A stretch of DNA of 46,657 nt from Armatimonadota bacterium. GTDB lineage: Bacteria; Armatimonadota; Armatimonadia; Armatimonadales; Armatimonadaceae. The stretch lies in NCBI GenBank assembly GCA_043754515.1, contig JAYUUO010000084.1:1-46657 (forward strand). The letters are read 5' to 3'. This document shows positions 29,625 through 38,667 of this stretch, one piece after another. The notes under the pieces were generated by a model. That model saw only the letters and a list, made by a program, of their open reading frames with translations, made no database searches and was not told the DNA's origin. The first letter of the stretch is position 1, and each line of letters opens with the position of its first letter. Both the position numbers and the translations under genes were made by a program.

Positions 29625-30473
29625 CTATATCCCGTCCGGGTCAACGCCGAGCTCGCTCAGTTTCGCCGCCAAACGGTCAGCACGTGCCCCGGCGGAATCG
29701 CGCTCGGCTTCGGCGCGTTGCGCGTTGGCCTCGGCACGTTGCGCGTTGGCCTCGGCGCGTTGCGCGTTGGCCTCGGCACGCCTCGCTTCTGCCTCGGCTT
29801 GCTCGCGGGCGGCGTCTGTCTCGTCCATGGTCAAGAATCGTCGTCCGTCCGGATACCAGATCGTCATCTCGGCATTGTGACGCGGGGCGAACCGAACCCC
29901 CATGAGCGGCGACGTGTACTCGTCCTGATAATTGACCGCGCGGAGGCGATTTTGCGAGACGGCACCGGGATTCGCCGCTCCGTCAACCGCCGCGTCTCCC
30001 GTGCTACGAACCCAAATTGACAGATCCCCGTCCTTCGGGTCGTAGATGTAGTATTCGTCGACGCCATAGCGGTCGTAAAACTCGAACTTACGCGTCATCT
30101 CGCCTGCCCGGTTGCTAGGCGACATGATCTCGAAGACCACTTGCGGAGTTGTGTCGTTCTCTTTCCAGGGTTGCCACGAGCCGCGGTCACCCTTGAGCCG
30201 CCCGAAGACGACCATCACATCGGGTGCCTGACGAGGTGTTCCTTCTTCATGCTTCGCGTACCAGAGCAAGTCGCCCGCGACGAAGACGTCTGGCGTATCT
30301 TTGTACAACAGGTCGAGATTGCCCTTGATCGTGACAATCCAGCGATACTGGATCGTGTTATCTGACATCGGTTTTCCGTCGCTATCCGGGAACATCAGTT
30401 CCTCCGCGTCGTAAACGCCGTTTTCAATAACGGCTTGGACTGGCGCATGTTCGATTGTCTGGGAATGAGGCAT
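29625..30473 (-). CDS. Uma2 family endonuclease with coiled-coil repeat tail
   Basis: PDSDGKPMSDNT, APDVMVVFG, PQVVFEIMSPSN, GVDEYYIYDP; AEANAQR repeats; LAAKLSELGVDP. Confidence 0.92.
   Translation of the reverse strand: MPHSQTIEHAPVQAVIENGVYDAEELMFPDSDGKPMSDNTIQYRWIVTIKGNLDLLYKDTPDVFVAGDLLWYAKHEEGTPRQAPDVMVVFGRLKGDRGSWQPWKENDTTPQVVFEIMSPSNRAGEMTRKFEFYDRYGVDEYYIYDPKDGDLSIWVRSTGDAAVDGAANPGAVSQNRLRAVNYQDEYTSPLMGVRFAPRHNAEMTIWYPDGRRFLTMDETDAAREQAEAEARRAEANAQRAEANAQRAEANAQRAEAERDSAGARADRLAAKLSELGVDPDGI
29710..29780. repeat. 21-bp coding tandem repeat (AEANAQR x3)
   Basis: TCGGCRCGTTGCGCGTTGGCC at 29710, 29731, 29752. Confidence 0.9.
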
Positions 30474-30635
30474 CGTTTCGTTTTCTCCCTCATCCAGTAT
30501 AACCGATTTACGGGCAAAGGCACTAGGCCGCCTACAATGGCTAGGGCGCGGCAGGAAATCGGCATACCCCCGGTGAAATCGTCCCCGGCATTCGTGCCGC
30601 GATAACCAGACCTACAAAGGAAACCGATCCCAATT

Positions 30636-33203
30636 ATGCCGCGTACCCTGCACACGTACACTGTCGTACCATCCTTACCCGAGCGACTTGACCCCCTACG
30701 TGAACTGGCGTACAACCTGCGCTTCTCGTGGGACCCTGACACCAAGGCTCTATTTGAGACCATGGACGCCTCGCTATGGGAGTCCACCGACAATAATCCG
30801 GCACGCGTGCTGGGACTGGTTGCCCAATCCCGCCTTGAGGAATTGACAGCGGACGCCACGTTCCTCGCCGAAATGGACCGCGTCTACGCGGCGTTTCAGG
30901 CGTATATGGCCCACGGCGGGTGGTGGGGGCACACCCACAAGGACGAGTTCCCCGCCGATTTCAAGATCGCCTACTTCTCGGCCGAGTTCGGCATCACGGA
31001 GTGCCTGCCGATCTACTCAGGCGGCCTGGGCGTCCTTGCGGGCGACCACATGAAGTCGGCGTCCGACCTGAACCTGCCCCTCGTTGGCATGGGGTTCCTG
31101 TACCAACTAGGCTACTTCCGGCAGGGCTTAAACGCGGACGGCTGGCAGATGGAGAACTACCCGACCACCGACTTCTACTCGCTTCCTATCGAGCAGGTAC
31201 ACCGCGCGGACGGAACTCCCCTGGTGATCAGCGTGGACTTCCCCGGTCGCCACGTGTTCGTCAAACTCTGGAAAGCGCAGGTCGGCCGGATACCGCTCTA
31301 TCTGCTCGACACGAACCTGCCGCAAAACTCCGACGGCGACCGCCACATCGCGGGCAACCTGTACGGCGGCGACAACGAGACCCGCATACAGCAGGAGATC
31401 GTGCTCGGCATCGGCGGCATCCACGCGCTCGACGCCATCGGGATTCAGCCGACCGTCTGCCACATGAACGAAGGGCACTCGGCGTTCCTCTCGCTTGAGC
31501 GTGCCCGCCGACTGGTTCGCGATACCGGCCTAACATTCATGGAGGCGTCGGAAGCAGCGGGCGCGGGCAACCTGTTCACGACACACACGCCCGTTCCGGC
31601 GGGCTTCGACCTGTTCCCGCCCGACCTGATGGGCAAATATTTCTGGGGATACGCGGGCGCGCTCGGCCTGTCATTCGATGAGTTGCTAGATCGCGGGCGC
31701 GTCCATCCCGGCGACCGCAACGAGAAGTTCAACATGGCGGCCCTTGCGTTCCGCCAGGCGCGCTACATCAACGGCGTCTCCGAACTGCACGGCGTGGTAA
31801 CCCGCAAGATGGTACAGCCGTCCTGGCCCGGCTTCCCGCTGAGCGAGGTGCCAGTCGGATACGTCACGAACGGCATCCACACGCCATCATTCCTGTCTGT
31901 ACCGATCCGCAAACTGCTCGAGAAGTATCTGGGTGAGATCAACGCCGAGAACCTCGCGAACCCGCGCTTCTGGGATAAGATCGCCGACATTCCCGATGCC
32001 GAACTGTGGGATGCGCACGAGACGAACCGCCACCGCATGGTCGCCTGGGCACGTAGGTACCAGACCACCAAGTTTATGAAACGCGGCGCGGGTGAGCGCG
32101 AGGTCGAGCAGGCGACGGAGATTCTCGACCCCAATACACTGACGGTCGGGTTCGCCCGCCGTTTCGCAACCTATAAGCGCGGTAACCTGCTGATGCGCGA
32201 CATTGACCGGCTGAAGCGCATTTTGAATAACACGGATCGCCCGGTGCAGTTTGTGTTCGCGGGCAAAGCACACCCTAAGGACGACGCAGGCAAGGACATG
32301 ATCCGGCAGATCGTTCACTTCGCGCGCGGCGAGGATGTACGGCGCAAATTCGTCTTCCTGGAGGACTACGAGCTGAACATGGCGCGGTATCTGGTGCAAG
32401 GCGTGGACGTCTGGCTGAACAACCCGCGCCGCCCGATGGAGGCATCCGGGACATCGGGCATGAAGGTGGTCGCGAACGGCGGCTTGAACTTTTCGGTGCT
32501 CGATGGCTGGTGGGCAGAGGGCTACGACCCCAGTGTCGGCTGGGCAATCGGGCGCGGCGAGGAGTACGACGATCACGATTACCAGGATCACGTCGAGGCG
32601 ACTGACATCTACGAAACGCTGGAGCGCGAGATCGTGCCCCTGTTCTACAAGCGCGATATGGACGGTCTGCCACCCGGCTGGGTCGCCAAGATGAAAGCCA
32701 GTATGTGCAAACTGTCCCCCACCTACTCCACGGCGCGGATGGTGCAGGAGTATGCGGAGACGTATTATGTCCCGGCGGCGCATCGGGCGACGAAGGTATC
32801 GGGCGACAACTTCGCCCTGGCAAAAACGCTCGTCGCCTGGAAGAAGAACATCCGGGAGCAATGGGGCGAGGTGAAGATCGAGTCCGTCTCGGACCCGGCG
32901 AGCGACAAGATTTCGGCGGGGCAGTCGGCGGGCGTCACCGCGACGGTGCGTTTAGGCAAATCACTCAAGCCCTCCGACGTGTCGGTGCAACTCTACACAG
33001 GCCCGGTGGACGCGGAACGCTCGATGACGTCTTTCGTTGGGTCTCCGATGTCCGTGGGTGGGGAGACCGCGCCCGGCGTTTACACGTACTCAGGGGCACT
33101 GCCGAGTAATAAATCGGGACAACAGGGTTTCACGGTGCGCGTCCTGCCGTTCCACCCGGACGCGGTGTTGCCGCAAGAGTTGCCGCTCATCGCGTGGGAG
33201 TAG
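30636..33203 (+). CDS. glgP: Alpha-glucan (glycogen/maltodextrin) phosphorylase, GT35
   Basis: AYFSAEFG, YSGGLGVLAGD, HMNEGH, FARRFATYKR, EASGTSGMK. Confidence 0.97.
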   Translation: MPRTLHTYTVVPSLPERLDPLRELAYNLRFSWDPDTKALFETMDASLWESTDNNPARVLGLVAQSRLEELTADATFLAEMDRVYAAFQAYMAHGGWWGHTHKDEFPADFKIAYFSAEFGITECLPIYSGGLGVLAGDHMKSASDLNLPLVGMGFLYQLGYFRQGLNADGWQMENYPTTDFYSLPIEQVHRADGTPLVISVDFPGRHVFVKLWKAQVGRIPLYLLDTNLPQNSDGDRHIAGNLYGGDNETRIQQEIVLGIGGIHALDAIGIQPTVCHMNEGHSAFLSLERARRLVRDTGLTFMEASEAAGAGNLFTTHTPVPAGFDLFPPDLMGKYFWGYAGALGLSFDELLDRGRVHPGDRNEKFNMAALAFRQARYINGVSELHGVVTRKMVQPSWPGFPLSEVPVGYVTNGIHTPSFLSVPIRKLLEKYLGEINAENLANPRFWDKIADIPDAELWDAHETNRHRMVAWARRYQTTKFMKRGAGEREVEQATEILDPNTLTVGFARRFATYKRGNLLMRDIDRLKRILNNTDRPVQFVFAGKAHPKDDAGKDMIRQIVHFARGEDVRRKFVFLEDYELNMARYLVQGVDVWLNNPRRPMEASGTSGMKVVANGGLNFSVLDGWWAEGYDPSVGWAIGRGEEYDDHDYQDHVEATDIYETLEREIVPLFYKRDMDGLPPGWVAKMKASMCKLSPTYSTARMVQEYAETYYVPAAHRATKVSGDNFALAKTLVAWKKNIREQWGEVKIESVSDPASDKISAGQSAGVTATVRLGKSLKPSDVSVQLYTGPVDAERSMTSFVGSPMSVGGETAPGVYTYSGALPSNKSGQQGFTVRVLPFHPDAVLPQELPLIAWE

Positions 33204-33211
33204 CGTAACCC

Positions 33212-33238
33212 GGACCGGCGTTCGCACGACGCCGGTCC
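33212..33238 (+). terminator. Hairpin after glgP
   Basis: GGACCGGCGT..ACGCCGGTCC. Confidence 0.6.
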
Positions 33239-33416
33239 GCCCTTTCGCGCGGATGTGTGATGGCATGATTGTCAAAAAATCGGTGCCACCAATTCGACTC
33301 AATATTCGCAGAAGGAAGGCGGCGGTGAAAACGTTAGCGAAGTGGACGTTATCTCCGATTTAATGTAAGTGTGGCTTGTATAGGATGCTTGCGAAGGCAA
33401 GACGAGGACAAAACAT

Positions 33417-34154
33417 GTGGTTCCGAAAAAAATACTACGTAACTTCCAGGGTCCCCTCATGCAAGAGACTCTGACAGCTGGATTCGACTTCGCGCAACGG
33501 AAGATGAAGTGGTCGGTCAAGGACCGGGCGCAAATGTATCAATTGGCTGATCTTGCATTCGGACCTTCACCAAACTTTGAAGTATTTTGTCAGCTTTATA
33601 ATTGGATGGTCGGGTGCTAGGGAATCGGACGTAATGGAGATTTAGCGACTGCAAAGGAGGTTTTTGAAATGCTCATTTACGGTTGCTCCGGAACGAGCCG
33701 TCTTTCTGGTACTAACCTGCTAAATGTTGACAAGCGGATGATCCAGGGGGCTGTCCGAGCAATAAAGAATGTGAAAGTTAACAAGAATGAATATCCACAT
33801 ATGGCCGCCTCTAAGTTCCTCCATTTCTTCAACCCCTCACTGTTCCCTATCTACGATTATGCTGTGATGTGGAAGAAGATATTAGACAGAGCATTCAAGA
33901 CAGAGTGGAAAGATGTGTGCGGTGACCACGATATTAACGTCACGGAGGGGAGTAAGAAGTTCCTGATTACGTACTTCTCTTGGGCATCGGAAGTCATGGG
34001 AGCAGCCGATCTAGCAATCATGATTGAGTTCCAACTCCAATTTGACCAGTTGGGGCAACAAGAAGCAGTACTACATGGTGGCAAGAAAAGCTATTATGCA
34101 ACCGCGTTTGAGTATGCATTGATAGGGGCCGCTAAATTGCAAGATGCAGCTTGA
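33417..34154 (+). pseudogene. Low-GC hypothetical gene with SKFLHFFNPSLFPIYD motif, in-frame TAG at 33618-33620
   Basis: ORFs 33417..33620 and 33669..34154 share a frame (tgc TAG gga atc); AT-richer than host genes. Confidence 0.6.
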
Positions 34155-34218
34155 GCCAAGTTTCTGGTCTAGACGCGGGTCGTAGCTGGTGCCCCGGTCG
34201 GCCCGCGAACGCTCGCAC

Positions 34219-34264
34219 GGTTCGGACATAGAAGCGTCCCGCGCGACGCTTCTATGTCCGAGCC
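34219..34264. repeat. 20-bp-stem palindrome (REP-like) within nested inverted repeats
   Basis: GGTTCGGACATAGAAGCGTC ccgcgc GACGCTTCTATGTCCGAGCC. Confidence 0.7.
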
Positions 34265-34381
34265 CCGCATCACCGACCCGCGAAACGCCCTGCGGTTCGC
34301 ACAACGGCTTAGCCAGATAGTACTGCCCCTAGCCCCTCTTCGTGTTTCTCTCACCTGCCTTACCCCTCCCGACCGACTGAC

Positions 34382-34408
34382 GGAACTTATGACAAGCCGT
34401 CGTCTGTT
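34382..34408 (+). promoter_or_regulatory. Candidate ECF (SigR/SigH-type) autoregulatory promoter
   Basis: GGAAC-N19-GTT, 15 nt upstream of the ECF sigma start. Confidence 0.6.
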
Positions 34409-34423
34409 ACTCCTCCAGACACG

Positions 34424-35026
34424 ATGATCACAGCCCTCAAAGACAAGCACCAATCCTCAACCCGCGCTGCGTTCGCGGCTCTGGCCGCCCGCTGTGAGGC
34501 AGACCTGCTCCGCGTCGCGCGGCGGCTCTGTCGGGGAAACGAGGATAAGGCGCAAGATTTCGTTCAGGACGCGCTCGTGCGGGCTTACGTTGCCTATCGG
34601 GAGGGCAAGTTCGACATGAACGCGTCGTTTCCCGAAACGCGCGGCTATCTGCTCCGCACGGTCACGAATCTTTTCATCAACGACTACCGCCGACACCTCA
34701 AGTGGGACGCGGGAACCGATGTGGACACGCTGACCGCTGGCGGCGAAACCGGTCCCGAGCAAACCCGCGCGCGAGCCGCCGATATTCCAGGATACCAGCT
34801 AGAGGGAAGCGCATTAGACGAGCCACTCGAAACGGCACTCGCCGTCCTGAGCGACGCTTCTCGATTGGTCGTCATGCTGGTGGATGTAGAAGAGCGCACC
34901 TACGAAGAGGCGGCAAGGCTACTGGAGGTGCCTATAGGAACGGTACGATCCCGACTAGCCCGCGCCCGTCAGCAACTCCGTGAACTGCTATATACGTATG
35001 CTATAGAAAGACGCCTGATCCCATGA
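34424..35026 (+). CDS. ECF sigma factor, SigR/SigH-like
   Basis: AQDFVQDALVRAY, NLFINDYRR, LVDVEERTYEEAARLLEVPIGTVRSRLARARQQLRELL. Confidence 0.92.
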   Translation: MITALKDKHQSSTRAAFAALAARCEADLLRVARRLCRGNEDKAQDFVQDALVRAYVAYREGKFDMNASFPETRGYLLRTVTNLFINDYRRHLKWDAGTDVDTLTAGGETGPEQTRARAADIPGYQLEGSALDEPLETALAVLSDASRLVVMLVDVEERTYEEAARLLEVPIGTVRSRLARARQQLRELLYTYAIERRLIP

Positions 35027-35361
35027 ATATTCTGCACCCGAACGCCCACGACATCAACCCCGACACCGAACCCGGTTGCGGGTTCATGCGGGGGATGCTG
35101 AACGGCCTTGCCGACGGCACCGCGGCTGGGATGACGCGCTGGTACGCCGAGCGACATGTCGGCGGTTGCCCCCATTGCGTCGTTGCACTCGCCGGTTTGC
35201 GACGACTCCGTGCCCGCCTGAAAGCGAGCGGCGCGCCCCCCACAGCCCCGTTCATGGAGCAGAACGGAGTGGACGCGGAGCTACGTTTGTTGACCCCGGA
35301 TCGAGTCGCCGCGGTCGAGGCGAAGTGGCGAAGCCTGGACGCGAGAGAGGATACCCCATGA
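35023..35361 (+). CDS. Zinc-binding anti-sigma factor (ZAS, zf-HC2)
   Basis: C..L..LADG..HVGGCPHC (HxxxCxxC); ATGA coupling to the sigma gene; no TM. Confidence 0.8.
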   Translation: MNILHPNAHDINPDTEPGCGFMRGMLNGLADGTAAGMTRWYAERHVGGCPHCVVALAGLRRLRARLKASGAPPTAPFMEQNGVDAELRLLTPDRVAAVEAKWRSLDAREDTP

Positions 35362-36218
35362 CGACCGCAGAAACGGCTCCCCCCGCCCCGCTAGCGAGGG
35401 AGCCGGGAGGTAGAGACCCGGGGGAAGGTGCGGTAGCCCGCACGGTTCCCTCGCCGGCAACCGCCCTGGATAAGGAACCACCGCGTTTGCGCGTGGTGCC
35501 TAAGCATCCGCTCGCCATCCGATGGATGCACTGGATCAACTTCCCGGTAATCATGGTGATGATCTGGAGCGGGGTGCTGATTCTGTGGGCGAACGACGTG
35601 TACCCGACGGAAGCGTTGCGCCTCCGCGTGCCGAACCGCGTCTCGATTTCGCGGGTGGGGATCACGCCGGTTTACGCCGACAAGGACGATGAGACCTACC
35701 CCGTTCCGGCGAAGCAGCGTAAAGACATAAATATCGGATTCCGGCTCGGGGAAGGCATGGCGTGGCATTTTGCCTTCGCCTGGTTCTTCACGCTGAACGG
35801 CGTCGCCTATTTAATTTTCCTGCTCTTTTCGCGGGAGTGGCGGCACCTGATTCCCCGGCGTGAATCGTTGCGGGAAGCGTTCCTGGTCGTGTTTCATGAC
35901 CTGGGTTTGTACCGCAAGCCGCTTCCCGTCGGTAAGTTCAACCACGCCCAGCGTGTCGCATACACATCCGTGATCGTGATGGGGGTTGGCATGGTCGTGA
36001 CCGGACTTACCATCTACAAGCCGACGCAACTGTCGTGGCTCGCGGCATTACTCGGCGGCTATCAGGCGGCGCGGACGGAGCATTTTATCCTGACGTGCCT
36101 GATCGTTGCGTTCTTCTTCGTGCATATCGCGCAGGTGGCGCGTGCGGGCTGGAACAACTTCCGCGCGATGATCACCGGCTACGAACTGTCCCGCCACGAC
36201 TACAATGATGTTCGATGA
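35358..36218 (+). CDS. Cytochrome b/b6 (Ni_hydr_CYTB-type) membrane subunit
   Basis: HPLAIRWMHWIN, WHFAFAW, KFNHAQRVAY, EHF..FFFVHI heme His pattern. Confidence 0.88.
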   Translation: MTTAETAPPAPLAREPGGRDPGEGAVARTVPSPATALDKEPPRLRVVPKHPLAIRWMHWINFPVIMVMIWSGVLILWANDVYPTEALRLRVPNRVSISRVGITPVYADKDDETYPVPAKQRKDINIGFRLGEGMAWHFAFAWFFTLNGVAYLIFLLFSREWRHLIPRRESLREAFLVVFHDLGLYRKPLPVGKFNHAQRVAYTSVIVMGVGMVVTGLTIYKPTQLSWLAALLGGYQAARTEHFILTCLIVAFFFVHIAQVARAGWNNFRAMITGYELSRHDYNDVR

Positions 36219-36364
36219 CTTGGTGGGGTTGGCGGTGGCCCGATTCGCGACGCGCACGCGGTGCCGCTTTGCCGCTTATGGTTTCCTGGCGCAGGTGGCC
36301 ATTCGCATGACAATATATTTGGAGCGGACGGGGTGCGATTTACGTATAGAAAGTGGGAGATTTC

Positions 36365-37288
36365 ATGCGGAGCGGTGAACCTAAATTCTTTATTCGTTTT
36401 CAAAAGCCGTCGGCACTACCCGTGGCGACCGCGCCAGTTCCACGCCTGACCACGCGTCAGGAGTGGGAGCGTGATGAAGCGGTTCTCGCTCTTCCTCCGA
36501 CTCCGGCAGACGAGGCGCGCATCCGCAAACTGTCGCGCCGCTCGTTTTTGTGGGCTGGTGTCGCGACGGCGGGCGCGATCAGTGGGCTGTGGGCGTTCAA
36601 CCGGAACCCGCCCGAGGGCGCGCCGGAGGGCAAGGGTTTGTATGTGCCGGTCGTGGACGGCACGAAGGCCCCGTTGCGCAAAGTGTTATCGTTTAACGAG
36701 GGCGTGGCGCGGAATCTATTTTATTCGCCGACCCACCGGGCGCGGGAGTTTCCCCGGTCGGAGGCAGTAACGCCGCGCAACAACTACAACGGGAACACGC
36801 CGCTCGTTGATCTCGCGGCTTGGAACCTGAGTCTGGAGAACGAGGCGGGGCGGGGCGAGCCGCGTGTTCTGACGCTCGCCGACCTCAAGACGCTCCCCGA
36901 AGTTTCGCAGACGACCGAACTGAAGTGTATCGAAGGGTGGAGCGTGGTGGTCAACTGGACCGGGGTCCGGTTCTACGACTTCATCCGTAAGTACCCGTCG
37001 CCAAGCGGCACGCAGTATGTCGCGCTGTTCTCGGAGCCAGAAGGGTGGGATGACGAGCGTTATTACGTGGGACTGGATATCGAGTCCGCGTTGCACCCGC
37101 AGACCTTGCTCGCGTACGAAATGAACGGCGAGCCGCTGACGCCGGAACACGGGGCACCGCTCCGCATGGTGATCCCGACTAAATACGGGATTAAGTGCAT
37201 CAAGTTGATTACGCGAATCGCGTACACGAACGACCGCCCCGCCGACTACTGGCATGAGCGCGGGTACGATTGGTATGCCGGGCTTTAG
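36365..37288 (+). CDS. Molybdopterin-dependent oxidoreductase (sulfite oxidase family, MsrP/YuiH-like)
   Basis: SRRSFL Tat-like motif, LKCIEGW, HPQTLLAYEMNGEPL..HGAPLR..KYGIK. Start uncertain (36353-36422). Confidence 0.88.
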   Translation: MRSGEPKFFIRFQKPSALPVATAPVPRLTTRQEWERDEAVLALPPTPADEARIRKLSRRSFLWAGVATAGAISGLWAFNRNPPEGAPEGKGLYVPVVDGTKAPLRKVLSFNEGVARNLFYSPTHRAREFPRSEAVTPRNNYNGNTPLVDLAAWNLSLENEAGRGEPRVLTLADLKTLPEVSQTTELKCIEGWSVVVNWTGVRFYDFIRKYPSPSGTQYVALFSEPEGWDDERYYVGLDIESALHPQTLLAYEMNGEPLTPEHGAPLRMVIPTKYGIKCIKLITRIAYTNDRPADYWHERGYDWYAGL

Positions 37289-37300
37289 AAAGCACATCAC

Positions 37301-37867
37301 ATGAGACGATCCGATTTTATACTGGGGGCATTCGCAATACTGGCCACGCCCCTGCTCCTCTGGGGCTGTTCCGACAAACTTGCGGAGGCGCAGAGCATGA
37401 TGCGCTCGAACTCGGCACCACTCAGCGCCGCGAAGGTGGCCTACCCACAAACGAATAACGACTCGCCGACGCCGAAGGTATCGCTTCCCGCGACAGAATG
37501 GAAGAAGCGGATGAATCCGCAGACGTTCGATATTATGCGCCAGGCGGGTACCGAGGCTCCGTACAACAACCGCTACTGGGACCTTCACAAAGAAGGCACG
37601 TTCCAGTGCGCGGGTTGCGGATTGAACCTGTTCTCCTCTCAAACGAAGTTCGAGAGCGGGACGGGGTGGCCGTCGTTCTACGCGCCGCTTGCGAAGAATC
37701 GACTAGTCGAGAAGCACGACACGACGCTCGGGATGGAGCGGGTGGAAGTTCTTTGTCCCCGTTGCGACGCGCACCTTGGGCACGTATTCGATGACGGACC
37801 CAAGCCGACCGGGCTACGCTACTGCATGAACAGCGCGGCACTCGTTTTCAAGCCGCGCGCAAAATAG
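37301..37867 (+). CDS. msrB: Peptide-methionine (R)-S-oxide reductase, exported lipoprotein form
   Basis: MRRSDF..LWGC signal; GTE, CAGC, SGTGWPSF, CPRCDAHLGHVFDDGP..RYCMN. Confidence 0.93.
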   Translation: MRRSDFILGAFAILATPLLLWGCSDKLAEAQSMMRSNSAPLSAAKVAYPQTNNDSPTPKVSLPATEWKKRMNPQTFDIMRQAGTEAPYNNRYWDLHKEGTFQCAGCGLNLFSSQTKFESGTGWPSFYAPLAKNRLVEKHDTTLGMERVEVLCPRCDAHLGHVFDDGPKPTGLRYCMNSAALVFKPRAK

Positions 37868-37896
37868 AACCAACCGTAGACAGGAAGATAATACCG

Positions 37897-38361
37897 ATGC
37901 AAACCACAGCCACCGATACCGCGATCCAGATTGCCGCGCCGCAGGCGAATGACACGACGCCCACCCCGAAGGTGATCAAGACGAACGAGGAATGGCGACA
38001 GCTTCTGCCCTTGAACGCCTACCGGGTCGCCCGTGAATCCGGCACGGAGCCACCGTTCCGGAATGAGTACAACGATCTAAAGGAGAAAGGCATCTTCCGG
38101 TGCGTCTGTTGCGGGCTGGAACTGTTCGATTCCGCGACTAAGTTTAACAGTGGGACGGGCTGGCCGTCGTTCTACGCGCCCATCGTGACGGACCGGGTGT
38201 CGGATCACCAGGACGCCTCGCACGGCATGATCCGGGACGAAGTTTCGTGCGCGCGTTGTGACGCGCACCTCGGGCACGTGTTCGAGGACGGCCCTAAGCC
38301 GACAGGATTGCGCTACTGTATGAATAGCGCGTCCCTATCGTTCCGTGCTGTTACGGGATAG
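37897..38361 (+). CDS. msrB: Peptide-methionine (R)-S-oxide reductase, no signal peptide
   Basis: GTEPPF, CVCC, SGTGWPSF, CARCDAHLGHVFEDGP..RYCMN. Confidence 0.94.
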   Translation: MQTTATDTAIQIAAPQANDTTPTPKVIKTNEEWRQLLPLNAYRVARESGTEPPFRNEYNDLKEKGIFRCVCCGLELFDSATKFNSGTGWPSFYAPIVTDRVSDHQDASHGMIRDEVSCARCDAHLGHVFEDGPKPTGLRYCMNSASLSFRAVTG

Positions 38362-38480
38362 AATCGCCATACGGTGGCCGCTCAAGGGATCGTTCCCGGT
38401 ACGGATACCACTTCTAGAACAACTGCCGAGTGTTTTGTCAATGGCTTTGGCGATATTTTCCAGATGTTTTTTTACAGCGC

Positions 38481-38506
38481 GGAACTTCATCGGTGCGCGA
38501 ACCGTA
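38481..38506 (+). promoter_or_regulatory. Candidate ECF promoter
   Basis: GGAAC-N17-CGTA; shares CGGAACTT with the promoter at 34381. Confidence 0.55.
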
Positions 38507-38511
38507 AATTA

Positions 38512-38592
38512 AAACAGCGCATGTCCTCCTTTTCATTGTCCATACGTGGATGATGGAGCCCGGTCTGAACCTTTCAGACCGGGCGTTTTTTT
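38512..38592 (+). ncRNA. Candidate small regulatory RNA (~80 nt)
   Basis: Promoter, unpaired UCCUCCUUU, hairpin with UACG loop and G-U pairs, then GCCCGGTCTGAA/TTCAGACCGGGC hairpin + T7. Confidence 0.5.
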
Positions 38593-38667
38593 GCCATGTT
38601 GTTCCCTCTATAAAGGAGATGATGCCTGACGTGGGGAACCTGTCCCCGTACAAGGAGTGACGCCGAC

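Noticed and set aside
34205..34226. Group II intron domain V similarity (CGCACGGTTCGGA)
   Set aside because: The 5' half with the catalytic triad is missing and there is no reverse transcriptase.
36200..36403. Minus-strand RFTAPHEISHFLY resembling an ImmA/IrrE HExxH peptidase fragment inserted between cytochrome b and the Mo enzyme
   Set aside because: Only a short motif matches and no TIRs or convincing target duplication were found; the atypical ~200 bp remains unexplained.
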